Origin: the human T2T-CHM13v2.0 reference genome, Homo sapiens
Length of the DNA stretch: 64,000 bases
Strand: one strand, 5' to 3'
NCBI RefSeq assembly: GCF_009914755.1
Contig: NC_060932.1
Each line of letters opens with the position of its first letter. The first letter of the stretch is position 1. Under the pieces are notes generated by a model. The model was not told the origin of the DNA, searched no databases, and was given only the letters and a program-made list of their open reading frames with translations. Below are positions 60,680 through 64,000 of the stretch, in pieces. The position numbers and the translations under genes are program-made.

Positions 60680-61165
60680 CCACGCTCCTTCTGGTCCAGG
60701 ACCCTAAGGGTTAAGATCAACGAGAGTGGGCCATCACTGTTTCCTAGAACGGCCCCAGCAAAGCCGCCGGGGGAGATGAGGGTAACTTCCTGTTTCTGCC
60801 TTCCGGGTTTGAGAGTTTAGGACCCTGGGTTGGTGGGGTCAGAGGGAGAGGGGGTACCTTCCTCCCGGACCGCTGGGGGTGCAGGGCGCCTTGGGTGTAG
60901 CACCCAGAACAGTGAGTTCCTTCTTGGGGGGAAGGGAGCCGAGGGTTGCGGGCTAGAGGAGTGGAAACAGCCCCGTCCAGGCTGCAGTGGACGTCCGGGA
61001 GAGAGTTCCCGCTGCTGCCAGGGGCGAAGGCCCAGCATCTCCCGCCGACGGGCCACCGTCATCCTTGTCCGCGGGGTCCCTTACGGGATCTTGTCGGCCG
61101 GAGACCGTCTGGTATCCTGGAACTTCACCCCCCAGCGTCTCCAACTTGTACCAGCCAGCGGTTCT
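60680..61165 (+). promoter_or_regulatory. ZNF572: CpG-rich promoter of ZNF572
   Basis: The clearest non-repeat CpG-dense stretch in the window; ETS-type motifs ACTTCCTG (60785) and CTTCCGG (60800) at the likely TSS. Confidence 0.8.
60790..60911 (+). other. ZNF572: ZNF572 non-coding exon 1 (start approximate)
   Basis: Strong donor ACA|GTGAGT at 60911/60912 inside the CpG-rich region. Confidence 0.65.
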
Positions 61166-62156
61166 TAAAACTAGGCTTCAGGCAGTGCATTTTCTTTGAA
61201 GGCTTTCTGATCAAAGCACGGCCCCACTCTGATCACATTGTTGCTCTAGAACAGTGAAAACACTCCTTCCCCGTGGAGAGACATCTTAATGGCAGCCTTG
61301 TATGGTCTTGCATTTGCCACCATTTTGCTGAGCCACTGTTCCGGGGGCTCCTTTGCTGCCAAATTTAATAGTATTTTAGTAGGGAAAATGGGGGAGATGG
61401 TAATGTGTTGCCCAGACTCTTGCTGCTTTTGTAAATACTTTGATAACAATATGTAACTTAGGACAGCAAAATATATAACTCCATTCGAACAACTCCACCC
61501 CCTTCCTTTTTTTGCATTCAGGTGTATGGTTTTTTCTCCCCCCCAACTCAAACACTGGGGATATTAGTAATGTAGACTAGTTTCACGTTTCTCTAGAACA
61601 AATCCCCACTTGCTGAGTGTGCTTAGGGAATGTCGACTCACTTTGTTAACAAGGTTTAGGAATGTAGACCTCTGTTTTAAAATGCCAGTATTCTAAATAT
61701 TCTAAAATAAAGGGACTCTGAGGATTCTTTGCAGTTTGGGATTATGCCCAGCTCTGCTTCCTGTTCTAGTTTACGATAATAGATCAGAGGGTGAAAAAGG
61801 TCAGCATCCAAACAGACTTGGAGCTCAGTCCTGCTCTACCACTTTCTAGGTGACCTTAGGAAAGTTTCTTAATACCTTTCAAACTCATCCTATAAAATGC
61901 TGGTAGTTGTTCATACACTTCAGAGGGCTACTGTAAGAATTAAATGACAAATGTGTGCAAATTATTTCATTCACTACCTGGCACATAATAGGCAGTAATG
62001 GTGAAGATACAATATAAGTACATATACTATTTTTTGTTTTTAAAATGTGTGCATTTGTATATCCTTTTACGTCCTTATTTTTCTCCCAAATAATGATACT
62101 CTTTATATTCTGAAATGGATGCCAAAAGTCCATATGTCACTGCCTTCCTGTGATAG

Positions 62157-62403
<247 letters not shown>

Positions 62404-63135
62404 AACATTTTCTAGTCCCTTAAAATAGGTTAGTGATTGTTGGCTCCAGAAGACGAAGTTTAGGCTGAAATGGATATTGTGAATATGATAGACTTAGGAA
62501 CTAAGTGCAAGGAGGAAGAGGTCCCTCTTTAGCCTCCTTTTTATATTGCAGGGTTATTGGCTATAATTATTCCACCTCGGCTTTGTCCTAATTTCTCTTT
62601 ACTGGTTATATAAATCCTAACTTTCCTTTGAAATTGACTTCAAAGGTTTCCTTCTGTCAAGACCAAGTTATTCTTTTGAAACTAAACAGGGTGCTTTTTT
62701 TCTTTAGCTGCTGCTTATGCCTTCATATTGATTCCTTGAAGTCTTTATAAGTTTTATTATTGGTGTCTTAAAAAAAATACTTTGCTTTTTAAAGTAAAAG
62801 TGTTTCTAAGCTACGTGTGGACAATGAGGATTAGTATTCTGTCTTTGAAGCTTGATCCTCAGACCTTTAATGTGAAGATTTACTTTTTTGCATTGTTATT
62901 TCAGGGTTAACCCTTAATTCTAAACACTTAGATCTGAGATAAGATTTTCTAAAAGGGCTGCTAAAAGTTGTGTTTCTTATTTTCGGTATGGTTCATGGAA
63001 CATTCTATGCCTCCTATTGTTGTGTTGGAATGGTTGGGAAGGAAGGAGGAAGAATAAGCTTTAACAAATACCTCCAAACATAATTTATTTCCTTCCACAG
63101 GGTTTCTGATCTCTAACTTGGCTGTGATCATTGTG

Positions 63136-63214
63136 ATGGAGCAAGAAAAAAAACTGTTGGTCTCAGATTCTAACAGCTTTATGGAGAGGGAGAGTTTGAA
63201 AAGCCCTTTCACAG
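63136..63214 (+). CDS. ZNF572: ZNF572 first coding exon (exon spans 63101-63214): MEQEKKLLVSDSNSFMERESLKSPFT(G)
   Basis: Acceptor TTTCCTTCCACAG|G at 63100, ATG at 63136, phase-1 donor CAG|GTGAGG at 63214; peptide matches the ZNF572 N-terminus as I recall it. Confidence 0.9.
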
Positions 63215-63842
63215 GTGAGGGATCAAGACGATGATCTGAATCCTTAGGAAATTTGATGTAGAAAGAACAGGACACTAGAATGAGACAAACCTTAATTTAA
63301 TTCCTTGTTCTGTCACTTATAAGCTGTGTTAATTATTTCAGCCTCATTGTTCTCATCTTTAAGAAAATGAATAATATCTATTTCACATATATTTTAGAAT
63401 TAGTGAGATACCGTATCCAAAGCTACTGTTCTTAATAAATAGTGGCTATTGTTATTTCTATAGCATTTGCTCAGATTTTAGCAAAGCTATTGTCTAGTTT
63501 TTACCTGAGATGGTATCCTGTTCAATTTAACTTCTATTCACATCAATCCTGTTTTTTCTCTTAAGTCTTCTAGAACAAAACCTAATGCATTTATTTTTAG
63601 ATTGATGTTCCCTTTGCCAATAATGATTCAAATAATTCATTATTGTTGTTGCTAGGTACAAAAAAAAATCCACCTGCTTCTGGTAAACAGAGGAAAAGAA
63701 GTAAAACTGTCTTTAAAAACTTTTTTATATGAAATTATTTATGAGGTTTTACAGTGTTATTTCCTCTCTTCCACTGCAATTTAGAATTTACTTCTCTGGC
63801 AGAGATTTGGAATATGGTTAGAATATTTGTTTATTCTTGCAG

Positions 63843-64000
63843 GAGATACAAGTATGAATAATTTGGAAACTGTTCACCACAATAATTCTAAGGCAGATAA
63901 ACTTAAAGAGAAACCTTCAGAATGGTCTAAAAGACATAGACCACAACATTATAAGCATGAGGATGCAAAAGAAATGCCACTGACATGGGTTCAAGATGAG
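63843..64000 (+). CDS. ZNF572: ZNF572 exon 3 start (C2H2 fingers lie beyond the window): (G)DTSMNNLETVHHNNSKADKLKEKPSEWSKRHRPQHYKHEDAKEMPLTWVQDE
   Basis: Acceptor TTTATTCTTGCAG|G, phase compatible with exon 2, open to the window edge. Confidence 0.9.

Overview
Primate (very likely human) genomic DNA, mostly intergenic and dominated by interspersed repeats (Alu, L1, L2, MIR, ERV and MaLR LTRs, DNA transposons). The right end holds the CpG-rich promoter, non-coding exon 1, exon 2 and the start of exon 3 of ZNF572 (+ strand), recognised from its N-terminal peptide; from memory this is 8q24.13, between MTSS1 and SQLE. A near full-length processed MRS2 pseudogene (7843-10156) sits inside an old L1 and is itself split by a solo LTR. 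The most notable observations are: (i) a ~0.9 kb polyadenylated, TSD-flanked retrocopy made of old repeats, inserted at the poly(A) signal of a MER11 LTR; (ii) a probable fossil KRAB-B box spanning the 5'UTR and start codon of ZNF572 exon 2; (iii) several nested or duplicated insertions and local duplications. I see no evidence of a prokaryote-style novel system. Apart from the MRS2 remnants, the ORF-track entries look like repeat-derived or chance ORFs. Repeat subfamily names come from memory of consensus sequences and are tentative, and boundaries not marked by a TSD are approximate.
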